Shown in pieces: positions 42,869-59,570 of a stretch of 64,000 nucleotides of DNA. Position numbers and translations under genes: made by a program. Source of the DNA: the human T2T-CHM13v2.0 reference genome, Homo sapiens. The DNA lies in assembly GCF_009914755.1 (NCBI RefSeq), contig NC_060930.1. One strand, 5' to 3'. Below the pieces are notes generated by a model. That model searched no databases, had not been told where the DNA came from, and saw nothing but the letters and a program-made list of their open reading frames with translations. The stretch's first letter is position 1; each line of letters starts with the position of its first letter.

Positions 42869-45800
42869 CCCCTTTTGAGTGGTGCTAATAAATTACAATT
42901 ATGTTTAAATTATTTGATAAAATTGTATCTCTTACACACTTGAAATGTTGGTATAATTTTATAATTTATCTGATTTTTTTAGCTTTACTTTGAGCTAAAA
43001 TCACCTTTTGACTTATTTTCCTGTCAGAATAAATAATATATGCAGCAAAGAATACTAAAGATAGACTAATGAAAGTTTAATGTGCTTTCTATTTAATAGT
43101 AATTCGGAAGTTTACTTAAATAAAATAAATTCACAGGTATTAAAAATTCTCCCTCAGAGCTTTTAGGGCCTAAAGTTGGTAAATAATATTCAGTCCAGAA
43201 AAAAAATGAAACTTAGAAATTAACAGAAATGAATACTAAACTGCAAAAATTTATATTTAGAAAGAAGAAAGGCCTGCGAGTTTTAGAAAGATATGTAGTT
43301 TAATGGTGGAATTTAATAAATGGTCGATATGTTAGCTTCTTTGTTCAGCTAATTCATACTCTTTAGAAGGTTCAAGGTTTTCCCAGTACTAGTTCTCATC
43401 ACAATTATGTGAAACACACACATACACACACACACACGCACACACACACATTTTCAGTGTAATAATTACTAGCATAAGTTTTTAATTACACTGCATACAG
43501 ATCTCATGTCATTAGGCCCAGGTCATAAATGTATGCCTAATACTCTTCAGTCAGTTCACCATTGTTTTACCTAGTCTCTTAAAAATAAATGTGAAAATGT
43601 TTATTCCTCTGGCTTTTCAGTAGGGGCAGTTGAGATCTCATGTCTTTCTTGCCATATATTAAGAAAAAATGTTAATTAGCTGCTACCATGATGTTTTTCT
43701 ACCAGGATTAAGTAAGGTTCAGAAGCAGATAAATATGGCAGAATTGGAGAATTACAATAATACTCTTGTTTTTGGCATTTGTTGGCTTTTTTGCTTAGAA
43801 TTTCCAAGTATGTTTTTACATTAATATTCTCCATTTAAGAAACATCCTATGGAGTAGCAACAGGGAAATACTGTTTTATCTACTCAACCTACAGAGACAA
43901 AGCTAAATGCAGAAGGATAATTTGCTCATTTAGGATCTGATGTTCTCGACCTTCCATCACTTATGTGGAAGATATTTCATATGTGCCTGATATAAATATT
44001 GGCAATGTATGGCCCCGCCTTTAAGAATCTCATTAAATTTATCTGTAATAAACTATACTACAGGAAACTATGGTAATTACTACAATACAAGTTAAGTGTC
44101 ATCGTAACAGGAAGCAGGAATGGGAGCCATTACTTTCTCTTTTTTTATTTCAATAATTTTTGGGGAACAGGTGGTGTTTGGTTGCATGGAAAAGTTCTTT
44201 AGAGGTGATTTCTGAGATTTGGGTGCACCCATCACCCGAGCAGTGTCTACTGTACCCAATGTGTAGTCCTTTATCCCTCACCCCCTCCCAAACCTCCCAC
44301 TGAGTCCCCAGTGTCCATTATATCATTCTCATGCCTTTGTGTCCTCATAGCTTGACTCCCACTTATGAGTGATAACATACGATGTTTGGTTTTCCATTCC
44401 TGAATTACTTCACTTGGAAGAATACTCTCCAATTCTATCCGGGTTGCTGCAAATGCCGTTATTTCATTCCTTTTGATGGCTGAGTAGTATTCCATGGTGT
44501 ATATCTATAATATATTTATATATTTTTATGTATAAAACATATATATATATATATTTACAATGGCAAAAATATAGAACCAGCCTAAATTCCCATCAACCAA
44601 TGATTGGATAAAGAAAATGTGATATATATATGTATATATACACACACACGCACACACATATACATGCTGTTTTCATGACTATGGCCTTATAATATAGTTT
44701 GAAGTCAGGTAACGTGATGCCTCCAGATTTGTGCTTTTTGCTTAGTCTTGCTTGCTTTGGCTATGTGGGCTCTTTTTTGGTTCCATATGAATTTTAGGAT
44801 TTTTTTTCTAGTTCTGTAAAGAAAGATGGTGGTATTTTGATGGGAATTTCATTGAATTTGTAAGTTGCTTTTGGCAGTATGGTCATTTTCACAATATTGA
44901 TTCTATCCATCCATGAACATGGGATGTGTTTCCATTTGTTTGTGTCATCTATGATTTCTTTCAGCAGTGTTTTGTAGTTTTCTTTTAGAAGTCTTTCATG
45001 TCCTTGATTAGATATATTCCTAAGTATTTTATTTTATTTATTTTGGAGCTGTTGTGAAAGGGGTTGAGTTCTTAAGCTGATTCTCAGCTTGGTCCAGTAA
45101 GATTGGTACCAATTCTTTTTTGAATGTCAGCTGTGAATCCATCTGGTCCTGGAATTTTTTTTTTTTTTTTTGGTTGACAATTTTTTTCTGTTAGTGTTTC
45201 AATATTGTTACTATTGTTACTTGTTATTGGTCTGTTCACGGTTTCTATTTCTTCTTGATTTAATCTAGGAGGGTTGTATATTTCCAGGAATTTATCTATC
45301 TCCTCCAGATTTTCTAATTTGTGTGCATAAAGGTGTCTACAGTAGCTTTAAACAATCTTTTGTATTTCTCTGGTATCGGTTACAATATCTCCCATTTTGT
45401 TTCCAATTGAGCTTATCTGGATCTTCTGTCTTCTTTTCTTCTTGGTTAACCTTGTGAATTGTCTATCAGTTTTGTTCATCTTTACAAAGAACCAGCTTTT
45501 TGTTTCATTTATCTTTTATATTGTTTTCTTTTTGTTTCAATTTCATGTAGTTCTGCTGTGATCTTTGTCATTTCTTTTCTTCTGCTGGGTTTGGGTTTGG
45601 TTTTTGTGTTTGTTTCTCTAGTTCCTTGAGGTGTGATGTTAAATTGTCTATTTGTGCTCTTTTAGACTTTGCGACGTAGGCATTTCATGCTATGAATTTT
45701 CCTCTTGGCAACACTTTTGCTGTATCTCAGTGGTTTTCATAAGTTGTGTCACTATTATCATTCAGTTCAAAGAATTTTTAAATTTTAATCTTGATTTCAT

Positions 45801-47270
45801 TGTTGACCCAAAGATCATTCAGGAGCAGATTATTTAATTTCCATGTATTTGTATGGTTTTGAGGGTTCCTTTTGGAGTTAATTTCCAGTTTTATTCCACT
45901 GTGGCCTGAGAGAGTACTTGATATAAATTTTGATTTTCTTAAATGTATTGAGACTTGTTTTGTGGCCTATCATATGGTCTATCTTGGAGAATGTTCCATG
46001 TGCTGATGAATAGAATGTATATTCTGCAGTTGTTGGGTAGAATGTTCTATAAATATCTGTTAAGTCCATTTGTTATAAGATATAGTTTAAGTCCATTGTT
46101 TCTTTGTTGACTGTCTGTCTTGGTGACATGTCTAGTGCATTCAGTGGAGTATTGAAGTCTCCTACTATTATGGTGTTGCCATATATCTCATTTCTTAAGT
46201 CTAGTAATAATTGTTTAGAAATTTGGGAGTTCCAGTGTTAGGTGTATATATATTTTGGATTGTGATATTTTCCTGTTGAACGGATCCTTTTATCATTATA
46301 TGATGTCCCTCTTTCTCTTTTTTAACTGTTGTTGCCTTAAAGTCTGTCTTGTCTGACCTAAGAATAGCTCCTCCTGCTTGCTTTTGGTTTCCATTTGCAT
46401 GGAATATCATTTTGCACTCCTTTCTCTAGGAGTTTATGTGAGTGCTTATGCATTAGGTGAGTCTCTTGAAGACAGCAGATACTTGGTTAGTGGATTTTTA
46501 TCCATTCTGCCATTCTGTATCTTTTAAGTGGAGCATTTAGGCCATTTACATTCACTGTTAATATTGAGATGTGAGGTACTGTTTTATTCATCATGCTAAT
46601 TGTTGCCTAAATACCTTATTTTTTTTTCCATTGTGTTAGTGTTTTATAGGCCCTGTGAGATTTATGCTTCAGGAGGTTCTATTTTGGGGTATTTCAAGGT
46701 TTTGTTTCAAGATTTAGAACTCCTTTTACCATTTCTTATAATGCTGGATTGGTAGTGGTGAATTCTCTCAGCATTTGTTTGTCTGAAAAAGACTTTATCT
46801 CTCTTTCATTTAGGAATCTTAGTTTTGCTGGATACGATATTCTTGGCTGATAATTATTTTGTTTGAGGAGGCTAAAGATAGGACCCCAATCCCTTCTGGC
46901 TTGTAGGGTTTCTGCTAAGAAGTCTGTTGTTAATCTGATAGTTTTTCCCTTAGAGGTTACCTATGCTTTCGCTTCACAGCTCTTAAGATTATTTCCTTTG
47001 TCTTGACTTTAGGTAACCTGATGACTGTGTGCCTAGGTGACAACTTTTTTGTGACAAATTTTTCAGCTGTTCTTTGAACTTCTTGTAATTGGATGTCTAG
47101 AACTGAAGTGAGGCCAAGGAAGGTTTTCTTAATTGTTCCCTCAAATACGTTTTCCAAGCTTTTAAATTTCTCTTCATCCTCAGGAATACCAATTATTCTT
47201 AGGTTTACCTGTTTAACATAATCCCAAATTTATTGGAGGTTTTGTTCATTTTTAAAATTCTTTTTTCTTT

Positions 47271-49968
47271 TAAAAATTTTTTTATTTCAATAGGTTTTTG
47301 GGAAATGGGTGGTGTTTGGTTACATGAATAATTTCTTTAGTGGTGACTTATGAGATTTTGGTGCACCCATCACCTGAGCAGTGTACACAGTGTCCAATGT
47401 GTAGTCTTTTATTCTTCACCACCCCCACCATTTCCCCTGAGTTTCCAAAGTCCAATTATCATTCTTATGCCTTTGCATCCTCATAGCTTACCTCCCACAT
47501 TTGAATGAGAACATACTATGCTTGGTCTTCCATTCCTGAATTACTTCTCCTAGAATAATAGTCTCCAATTCCATCCAGGTTGCAGTGAATGCCATTATTT
47601 CATTCCTGTTTATGGCCAAGTAGTATTTCATGGTATATGCATACCACATTTTCTTTATCAACCCCTTGATTTAATGGGCATATGGGCTGGTTCCATATTT
47701 TTACAATTGCAAATTGTGCTGCTGTCAACATGCATGTGCAAGTATCTTTTTTGTATAACTTCTTTTCCTTTGGGTAGATACCTAGTAGTGGGATTTCTGG
47801 ATCAAATGGCAGATCTACTTTTAGTTCTTTGAGGAATCTCCACACTGTTTTTCATAGTGGTTGTACTAGTTTACATTCCCATCAACAGTGTAATGTGTTC
47901 CCTTTTCACCACATCCATGCCAACATCTAGTATTTTTTTATTATGGCCATTCTTGCAGGAGTGAGGTGGTATTGTATTGTGGTTTTGATTTGCATTTCCA
48001 CAATATTAGTGATTTTGAGCAATTTTTCATATGCTTGGTTTTCCATTTGTATATCTTCTTTTGAGAATTGTCTATTCATGTCCTTAGCCCACTTTTTGAT
48101 GCGATTGGTTTTTTTTTTTCTTGCTGATTTGTTTGAGTTGTGGATTCTGGATATTCATCCTTTGTTGGATGTATAGATTGTGAAGATTTCTTCCCACTCT
48201 GTGGGTTGTCTGTTAACTGTGCTGATTATTTGTTTTGCTGTGCAGAAGCTTAAGGAAGGAATAGAATCTCTGAACAGGCCAATAACAAGCAGTGAGATTG
48301 AAATGGTCATTTAAAAACTGTCACCAAAAAAAGTTCACAAACAGATGGATTTACAGCTGAATTCTATCCGACATACAAAGAAGAATTGGTACCAATCATA
48401 TTGACACTATTCCAAAAGATAGAGAAGAGGGAATCCTCCTTTCAGTCATTCTATGAAGCCAGTACCACCCTAATACCAAAACCAGGGAAGGACATTTAAA
48501 AAAACGAAAACTACAGACCAATATCCCTGATGAACATAGACACGAAAATCCTCAACAAACTACTAGTGAAATGAATCCAACAGCATATGAAAAAGATAAT
48601 CCACCATGATCAAGTGGGTTCCATACGAGGGATGCAGGGATGGTTTAACGTACATAAGTCAGTAACTGTGATAAACCACATAAACGGAATTAAAAACAAA
48701 AATCACATGATCATCTCAATAGATGCAGAAAAAGCTTTTTGACAAAATCCAGCATCCCTCTATGATTAAAACCCTCACCAAAATCAGTATAGAACAGACA
48801 TATCTTAACGTAATAAAAGCCATGTATGACAATCCCACAGCCAACATTATACTGAATGGGGAAAATTTGAAAGCTTCCTCCTGAGAACTGGAACAAGACA
48901 AGGATGTCCACTTTCACCACTGCTATTCAACATAGTGCTGGTATTCCTAGCCAGAGCAATCAGACAAGAAAAAGAAATCAAGGGCATTCAAAATGGTAAA
49001 GAGGAAGTCAAACTGTTGCTGTTTCCTGATAATATGATTGTATACCTAGAAAACCCTAAAGACTCATCCATAAAGCTCCTAGAACTGGTAAATGAATTCA
49101 GCAAAGCTTCAGGATGCAAAATTAATGTACACAAGTCAGTAGCTCTGCTATACACCAACAGTGACAAATCTGAGAATCAAATCAAGAACTCAACCCCTTT
49201 CACAATAGCTGCAAAAAAAATAAAATAAAATAAAATACTTAGGAATGTACCTAACCAAGGATATAAAAAACCTCTACAAGGAAAACTACAAAACACTGCT
49301 GAAAGAAATCATAGTTGACACAAGCAAATGGAAACACATCCCATGCTCATGGATGGGTAGAATCAATGTTGTGAAAATGACCATACTGCCAAAAGTAATT
49401 TACAAATTCAATGCAATTTTCATCAAAATACCACCATCATTCTTTACAGAACTAGAAAAAAATCCCAAAATTCATATAGAACCAAAAAAGATCCCACATA
49501 GCCAAAGCAGGACTAAGCAAAAAGAACAAATCTGAAGGCCTCACATTACTTAACCTCAAACTATACTATAAGGCCATAGTCACCAAAACAGCATTGTACT
49601 GGTATAAAAAAGGCACATAGACTGATGGAACAGAATAGAGAACCCAGAAATAAAGCCAAATACTTACAGCCTACTGATCTTAGACAAAGCAAACAAAAAC
49701 ATAAAGTGGGGAAAGGACACCCTGTTCAACAAATGGTGCTGGGAATATTGGCAAGCCACATGTAGAAAAATGAAGCTGGATTCCCATCTCTCACCTTATA
49801 CAAAAATCAACTCAAGATAGATCAAAGACTTAAATCTAAGACCTAAAACCATAAAAATTCTAGAAGATAATATTGGAGAAACCCTTCTAGATATTGGGTT
49901 AAGCAAAGACTTCATGACCAAGAACCTTGAAGCAAATGCAACAAAAATATGATAATTAGATAGGACTT
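47271..49968 (-). mobile_element. Nested twin-primed L1PB inserted in host ORF1
   Basis: Second L1PB 3' end minus 47271-48251, inverted plus-strand ORF2 48252-49968 ([15 protein letters not shown]); host ORF1 resumes at ~49969. Confidence 0.88.
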
Positions 49969-50633
49969 TATTTTTTGTCTTTGTTTTTGTCTGATTGGAT
50001 TAATTCGAAAGCCTTGTCTTTTAACTCTGAAGTTGTTTTTTCTGCTTGTTGTAGTCTATTGTCGACAATTTCCAGTGCATTTCATATTTCTTTAAGTGTG
50101 TCTTTTATTTCCAGAAGTTGTGATTGTTTTTTCTTTATGATATCTGTTTCCCTGGATAATTTTTCATTCTTATCCTGTATTTTTTTTCAATTTTTTAAAG
50201 TTGGCTTTCAACTTTCTCTGGTATCTCTTTGAGTAGCTTAATAATAAACCTTCTGAATTTTTTATTTGGCAATCCAGATATTTCTTCTTGGTTTGCATTA
50301 ATTGCTGAAGAGTTAGTCTGGCCTTTTGGTGGTGTTATAGAGCCTGTTTTGTCATATTACCAGAATGTCTTTTCTGATTTCTTCTTCTTTGGGTAGACTA
50401 CTTCAGTGGAAAAATCTGGAACTCAAGTCTGCTCTTCAGATTCTTTTGTCCCATGAGTTGATCCCTTGATGTGTTGTGTTCCCACTTCCCCTAAGGTTGA
50501 GGCTTTCTGAGAGCCAGATTGCATTGATTGTTATTGCTCTTCTGGGTCTAGCCACTCTGTGGAGCTACCAGGCTCCAGGCTGGTGCTGGGAAATGTCTGC
50601 AAGCTTCAGGTCTCCCAGCCATGGATACCAGCA

Positions 50634-50988
50634 TGATATGGTTTGGCTATGTCCCCACCCAAATCTCATCTTGAATTGTAGCTCCCATAATCTCCACATG
50701 TCATGGGAGGGAGGTAATTGAATCACAGGGGTGGGTTTTTCCCATGCTGTTCTCATGACAGTGAATAAGTCCCACGAGATCTGATGGTTTTCTAAAGGGC
50801 AATTTCCCTACATACACTCTCTTGCCTGCTGCCATGTAAGACAAGCCTTTGCTCCTCCTTCACCTTCCGCCATGATTATGAAGCTTCCTCAGCCAGGCGG
50901 AACTATGAGTCCATTAAACCTCTTTTTCTTTATAAATTACCCAGTCTTAGGTGTGTCTTTATTAGCAACATGAGAACAGACTAATACA
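50634..50988 (+). mobile_element. THE1 (THE1C/D-like) MaLR solo LTR
   Basis: tgatatggtttggct ... gactaataca termini; 5-bp TSD cagca/caaca; inserted in host L1PB 5' region. Confidence 0.92.
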
Positions 50989-52622
50989 CAACACCTGCTC
51001 TGGTGGAGGTGGCAGGGGATTGAAGTAGATAGACTCTGTGAGAGTCCTTGTTTGTAGATATGTTTATTGTGCTGACTTTCTCAAATGCTGATTATGCTAG
51101 CAGTGAAGTTGTCCCATGGACAGACCCAGGACCTCTGGTTATCCAGGATGCTGCAGGCAGTGGAATTAGCTGTTGTTTTCTCCTTCCTTGGAGCAGGGTT
51201 ATTATGTCATGAGTTGCTGTAATGTCCTGAGTTGGTTGGCCTCCACCCAGGTGGTGGCACATTCAAGAGAACACCAGTTTTGCACCCGTCTCATGGAATT
51301 TGCAGTGGCATGCCATTTCTTTCAAGGGATCTGTGAATTCTTTTGGTTTTCCTGGTACATTCTTGAGGTGGTTCTTGGAGCAAAAGTCCATGGTATGAGT
51401 CTCCACATGCTTTTCTCTCCATCCAAGTGGGAGCTGCATGTTAGCCCTGTCTTCTATCTGCCATCTTCCTCTCTGAGTCCAGGAGCAATTACTTTTAAAT
51501 TGAGGAAGAATGTTGTGAATTTCACTAGGGACACAGAGTGGGATTGGAGCAGAGATTTAACTGAATAAAGAGGAGAAGGGTCAATCGAGGTAGAGAGAGC
51601 AATAGATGCAGGTTCAGCATAGGTGAAAGCTGGGACGCTTGAGTTGAGGAGACAGTAGCAATGAAGCCGGACAGATGGATATGCATGGGGCAAGCCTTAG
51701 AAGAGCAAGTTGAGGAGTTCAGATTTCATTTATTGGGTATGAAAACAGCCACATAGCTGTTTTGGAAAGGGAAGTTGTTTTGGATAGGATCAGCTATGTT
51801 CTACAGAAAGCTATTATGTAGCCATTCTATGTAGAATCGTTGGAAATTGGTAAATTTTAAAATGTTCATAGACTTTAATGAGGTAATCCTGTTTCTGAGA
51901 GTTTATGCTAAGGAAACAACTGAATCTATTGAAACAGTTTTATGTGCAGCATATTCATTAAAATGCCAAACAAGAAAGGGAATGGTTATATAAACTATGG
52001 TGCAATCTCTTAATGGAAAATTAAGAAAACACTATGAATTTAAAAGTTTACAAAGAGTTCTTAATAATATGAGAACAATAACAGGTTATAGTAAAAGAAA
52101 AAGCAAAACTGAAAACTATGAGTATGGTTTGATTACAGTAGTTTTACAAAATTTTGTGGGGGCAAATAGGCAGGAGCTACTGACTGGTGAAACTATTGGT
52201 TTTCTTTCTACATTACAATGTTCAATACATTTCTCTAAGCATGTATTAGTTATGCGACGAAAAAATTCAATATACTTTTTAAATAGCCCAATCAAGAATA
52301 GACACGTCCAGTGCTACTACTCTGGCAAGACATGAACCAAGCAATGGCAGTGAGAATGTAGAGAAGGGGGCAGATTAAGATTTCAGGTGGAACATTGTTC
52401 TCATGAACATAAGCATAAGAAAGACCTAAGGCAAAAAGGACACTACAGCTCTGACTTCTACAGCTGGTTAGATACTGATGCTCTAGGTCACAACAGCAAC
52501 TGCAGGAGGAGAAACAGGGTCAGAAGAGGAAACTTCCTAAGTTTGATATTGAATGTGTTTATTTGGAAGGATCCTGAGGATACCTGACAGATGTATCATA
52601 ATGGCAGATGGAGATAAAAGTA

Positions 52623-52960
52623 CGGTCATGCCTCAGTAGTGGTGGAAGGTTTGTTCCAGGACCCCTTTCAGATGCCAAAAACCATGGATGCTCAAGTACC
52701 TGACATGAAATGACATAGTATTTGCATATAACCTACACACATCCTCCTGTATACTTTAAACCATCTTGAGATTACTTATAATACCTAATACAATGTAAAT
52801 GCTATGCAAATATTTGTTACATTGTGTTGTTTAGGAAATCATAACCAAAAAAATGTCTGTTCATATTCAGTACAGACACAACAAATCCATTTTTATGAAT
52901 ATTTTCAATCCTTGGATTGAATCCACAGATTGAAAACCCGCAGATATGGAGGGCTGACTG
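52623..52960. mobile_element. MER2 (TcMar-Tigger) DNA transposon fossil
   Basis: 'gttccaggacccc', 'gatgctcaagt', 'gtatttgcatataacct', terminal 'gagggctgactg'; TA at left flank. Confidence 0.9.
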
Positions 52961-53543
52961 TGTTCAGTACTTCCTTTTTTTTTTTTTTCTTTTCTTTTTT
53001 TTTATTATACTTTAAGTTTTAGGGTACATGTGCACATTGTGCAGGTTAGTTACATATGTATACATGTGCCATGCTGGTGCGCTGCACCCACTAACTCGTC
53101 ATCTAGCCTTAGGTATATCTCCCAATGCTATCCCTCCCCGCTCCCCCGACCCCACCACAGTCCCCAGAGTGTGATGTTCCCCTTCATGTGTCCATGTGAT
53201 CTCATTGTTCAATTCCCACCTATGAGTGAGAATATGCGGTGTTTGGTTTTTTGTTCTTGCGATAGTTTACTGAGAATGATGATTTCCAATTTCATCCATG
53301 TCCCTACAAAGGACATGAACTCATCATTTTTTATGGCTGCATAGTATTCCATGGTGTATATGTGCCACATTTTCTTAATCCAGCCTATCATTGTTGGACA
53401 TTTGGGTTGGTTCCAAGTCTTTGCTATTGTGAATAATGCTGCAATAAACATACGTGTGCATGTGTCTTTATAGCAGCATGATTTATAGTCATTTGGGTAT
53501 ATACCCAGTAATGGGATGGCTGGGTCAAATGGTATTTCTAGTT

Positions 53544-57062
<3,519 letters not shown>

Positions 57063-57098
57063 TTAGTTGATGCAGTTTCTTCCTAGTCTCGATGGTCT

Positions 57099-58114
57099 TT
57101 ACATTTTGGCATGATTTTGCAGCAGCTGGTACCGGTTGTTCCTTTCCATGTTTAGCGCTTCCTTCAGGAGCTCTTTTAGGGCAGGCCTGGTGGTGACAAA
57201 ATCTCTCAGCATTTGCTTGTCTGTAAAGTATTTTATTTCTCCTTCACTTATGAAGCTTAGTTTGGCTGGATATGAAATTCTGGGTTGAAAATTCTTTTCT
57301 TTAAGAATGTTGAATATTGGCCCCCACTCTCTTCTGGCTTGTAGTGTTTCTGCCGAGAGATCCGCTGTTAGTCTGATGGGCTTCCCTTTGAGGGTAACCC
57401 GACCTTTCTCTCTGGCTGCCCTTAACATTTTTTCCTTCATTTCAACTTTGGTGAATCTGACAATTATGTGTCTTGGAGTTGCTCTTCTCGAGGAGTATCT
57501 TTGTGGCGTTCTCTGTATTTCCTGAATCTGAACGTTGGCCTGCCTTGCTAGATTGGGAAAGTTCTCCTGGATAATATCCTGTAGAGTGTTTTCCAACTTG
57601 GTTCCATTCTCCGCATCACTTTCAGGTACACCAATCAGACGTAGATTTGGTCTTTTCACATAGTCCCATATTTCTTGGAGGCTTTGCTCATTTCTTTTTA
57701 TTCTTTTTTCTCTAACCTTCCCTTCTCGCTTCATTTCATTCATTTCATCTTCCATTGCTGATACCCTTTCTTCCAGTTGATCGCATCGGCTCTTGAGGCT
57801 TCTGCATTCTTCACGTAGTTCTCGAGCCTTGGTTTTAGCTCCATCAGCTCCTTTAAGCACTTCTCTGTATTGGTTATTCTAGTTATACATTCTTCTAAAT
57901 TTTTTTCAAAGTTTTCAACTTCTTTGCCTTTGGTTTGAATGTCCTCCCGTAGCTCAGAGTAATTTGATCGTCTGAAGCCTTCTTCTCTCAGCTCGTCAAA
58001 GTCATTCTCCATCCAGCTTTGTTCCGTTGCTGGTAAGGAACTGCGTTCCTTTGGAGGAGGAGAGGCGCTCTGCGTTTTAGAGTTTCCCGTTTTTCTGTTC
58101 TGTTTTTTCCCCAT
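57099..58114 (-). pseudogene. L1 ORF1p split by a 1-bp deletion near 57837
   Basis: MGKKQNRK..ELMELK (58114 frame) continues as KTKARELREE..NHAKM in another frame. Confidence 0.95.
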
Positions 58115-59015
58115 CTTTGTGGTTTTATCTACTTTTGGTCTTTGATGATGGTGATGTACAGATGGGTTTTCGGTGTGGATGTCCTTTCTGTTTGTTAGTT
58201 TTCCTTCTAACAGACAGCACCCTCAGCTGCAGGTCTGTTGGAATACCCTGCCGAGTGAGGTGTCAGTGTGCCCCTGCTGGGGGGTGCCTCCCAGTTAGGC
58301 TGCTCAGGGGTCAGGGGTCAGGGACCCACTTGAGGAGGCAGTCCGCCCGTTCTCAGATCTCCAGCTGCGTGCTGGGAGAACCACTGCTCTCTTCAAAGCT
58401 GTCAGACAGGGACATTTAAGTCTGCAGAGGTTACTGCTGTCTTTTTGTTTGTCTGTGCCCTGCCCCCAGAGGTGGAGCCTACAGAGGCAGGCAGGCCTCC
58501 TTGAGCTGTGGTGGGCTCCACCCAGTTCGAGCTTCCTGGCTGCTTTGTTTACCTAAGCAAGCCTGGGCAATGGCGGGCGCCCCTCCCCCAGCCTTGCTGC
58601 CGCCTTGCAGTTTGATCTCAGACTGCTGTGCTAGCAATCAGCGAGATTCCATGGGCGTAGGACCCTCAGAGCCAGGTGTGGGATATAGTCTCGTGGTGCG
58701 CCGTTTTTTAAGCCGGTCTGAAAAGCGCAGTATTCGGGTGGGAGTGACCCGATTTTCCAGGTGCGTCCGTCACCCCTTTCTTTGACTCAGAAAGCGAACT
58801 CCCTGACCCCTTGCGCTTCCCACGTGAGGCAATGCCTTGCCCTGCTTCGGCTCGCGCCTGGTGCGTGCACCCACTGGCCTGCGCCCACTGTCTGGCACTC
58901 CCTAGTGAGATGAACCCGGTACCTCCGATGGAAATGCAGAAATCACCCGTCTTCTGCGTCGCTCACGCTGGGAGCTGTAGACCGGAGCTGTTCCTATTCG
59001 GCCATCTTGGCTCCT
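58115..59015. promoter_or_regulatory. L1 5'UTR bidirectional promoter (sense and antisense), CpG-rich
   Basis: Intact 5'UTR with YY1 motif ~59000-59009; function inferred from established L1 biology. Confidence 0.8.
58570..58785 (+). CDS. L1 antisense ORF0 (71 aa)
   Basis: MAGAPPPALLPPCSLISDCC...RCVRHPFL from ATG at 58570 in Kozak context gcaATGG. Confidence 0.85.
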   Translation: MAGAPPPALLPPCSLISDCCASNQRDSMGVGPSEPGVGYSLVVRRFLSRSEKRSIRVGVTRFSRCVRHPFL

Positions 59016-59026
59016 AGTACTTCCTT

Positions 59027-59570
59027 ATTTTTAAGCCTGAGTAATATCCTGTTGTGTGTATATACTACATATTCTTTACCCATCCATTTGTTGAAAGACA
59101 TTTAAATTGTTTCCATATCTTGGCTATTGTGAATAATGCCACAATGAACATGGGAGGATAGATATCTCTTCGTGATCCTGATTTCAATTCCTTTGAATAT
59201 ATACCCAGAATTGGGATTGATTGCTGGATCATGTGATGTTGGTCAAAGGGTACAAAGTTTTAGCTATGCAAGAAGAATAATTTCTGGAGATCTAATATAC
59301 AGTATGGTGATGATAGTTACAATACTTCATATTTGTATACTTGTAATTTGCTAAGAGAATAAATTAAATCTTCTCACCACTCGTGTGTGTGCATGCACAC
59401 ACACACCACACACATGCACAGAGATAATTATGTGAGATAATGGACATGTTTATTAGGTTGATTGTGGTGATCATTTCACAGTGTACACATATATCAAGAC
59501 ATTAAGCTGTATACCCTAAATATATACAATGTTTATGTGTCAATGATATCTTAAAGCTGTTATTTAAAAA
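59027..59570. mobile_element. Old L1MA (L1MA9-like) 3' fragment with inverted 5' part
   Basis: Minus-strand L1 to ~59236, then plus-strand 3'UTR 'tgttggtcaaagggtacaaagtt...tatatacaat...aaagctg'. Confidence 0.7.

Larger units (their letters stand above)
44137..51481 (-). mobile_element. Full-length but rearranged L1PB (host of nested insertions)
   Basis: Poly(T) ~44140, L1PB 3'UTR, ORF2 remnants (MDLTDIYRTFYPTTAEYTF), ORF1 remnants (DIQLQEVQRT..PRHTVIRL), 5' 'gaggaagatggcagatag' ~51470; TSD ggagccattacttt 44123-44136 / ggagcaattacttt 51482-51495. Confidence 0.88.
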
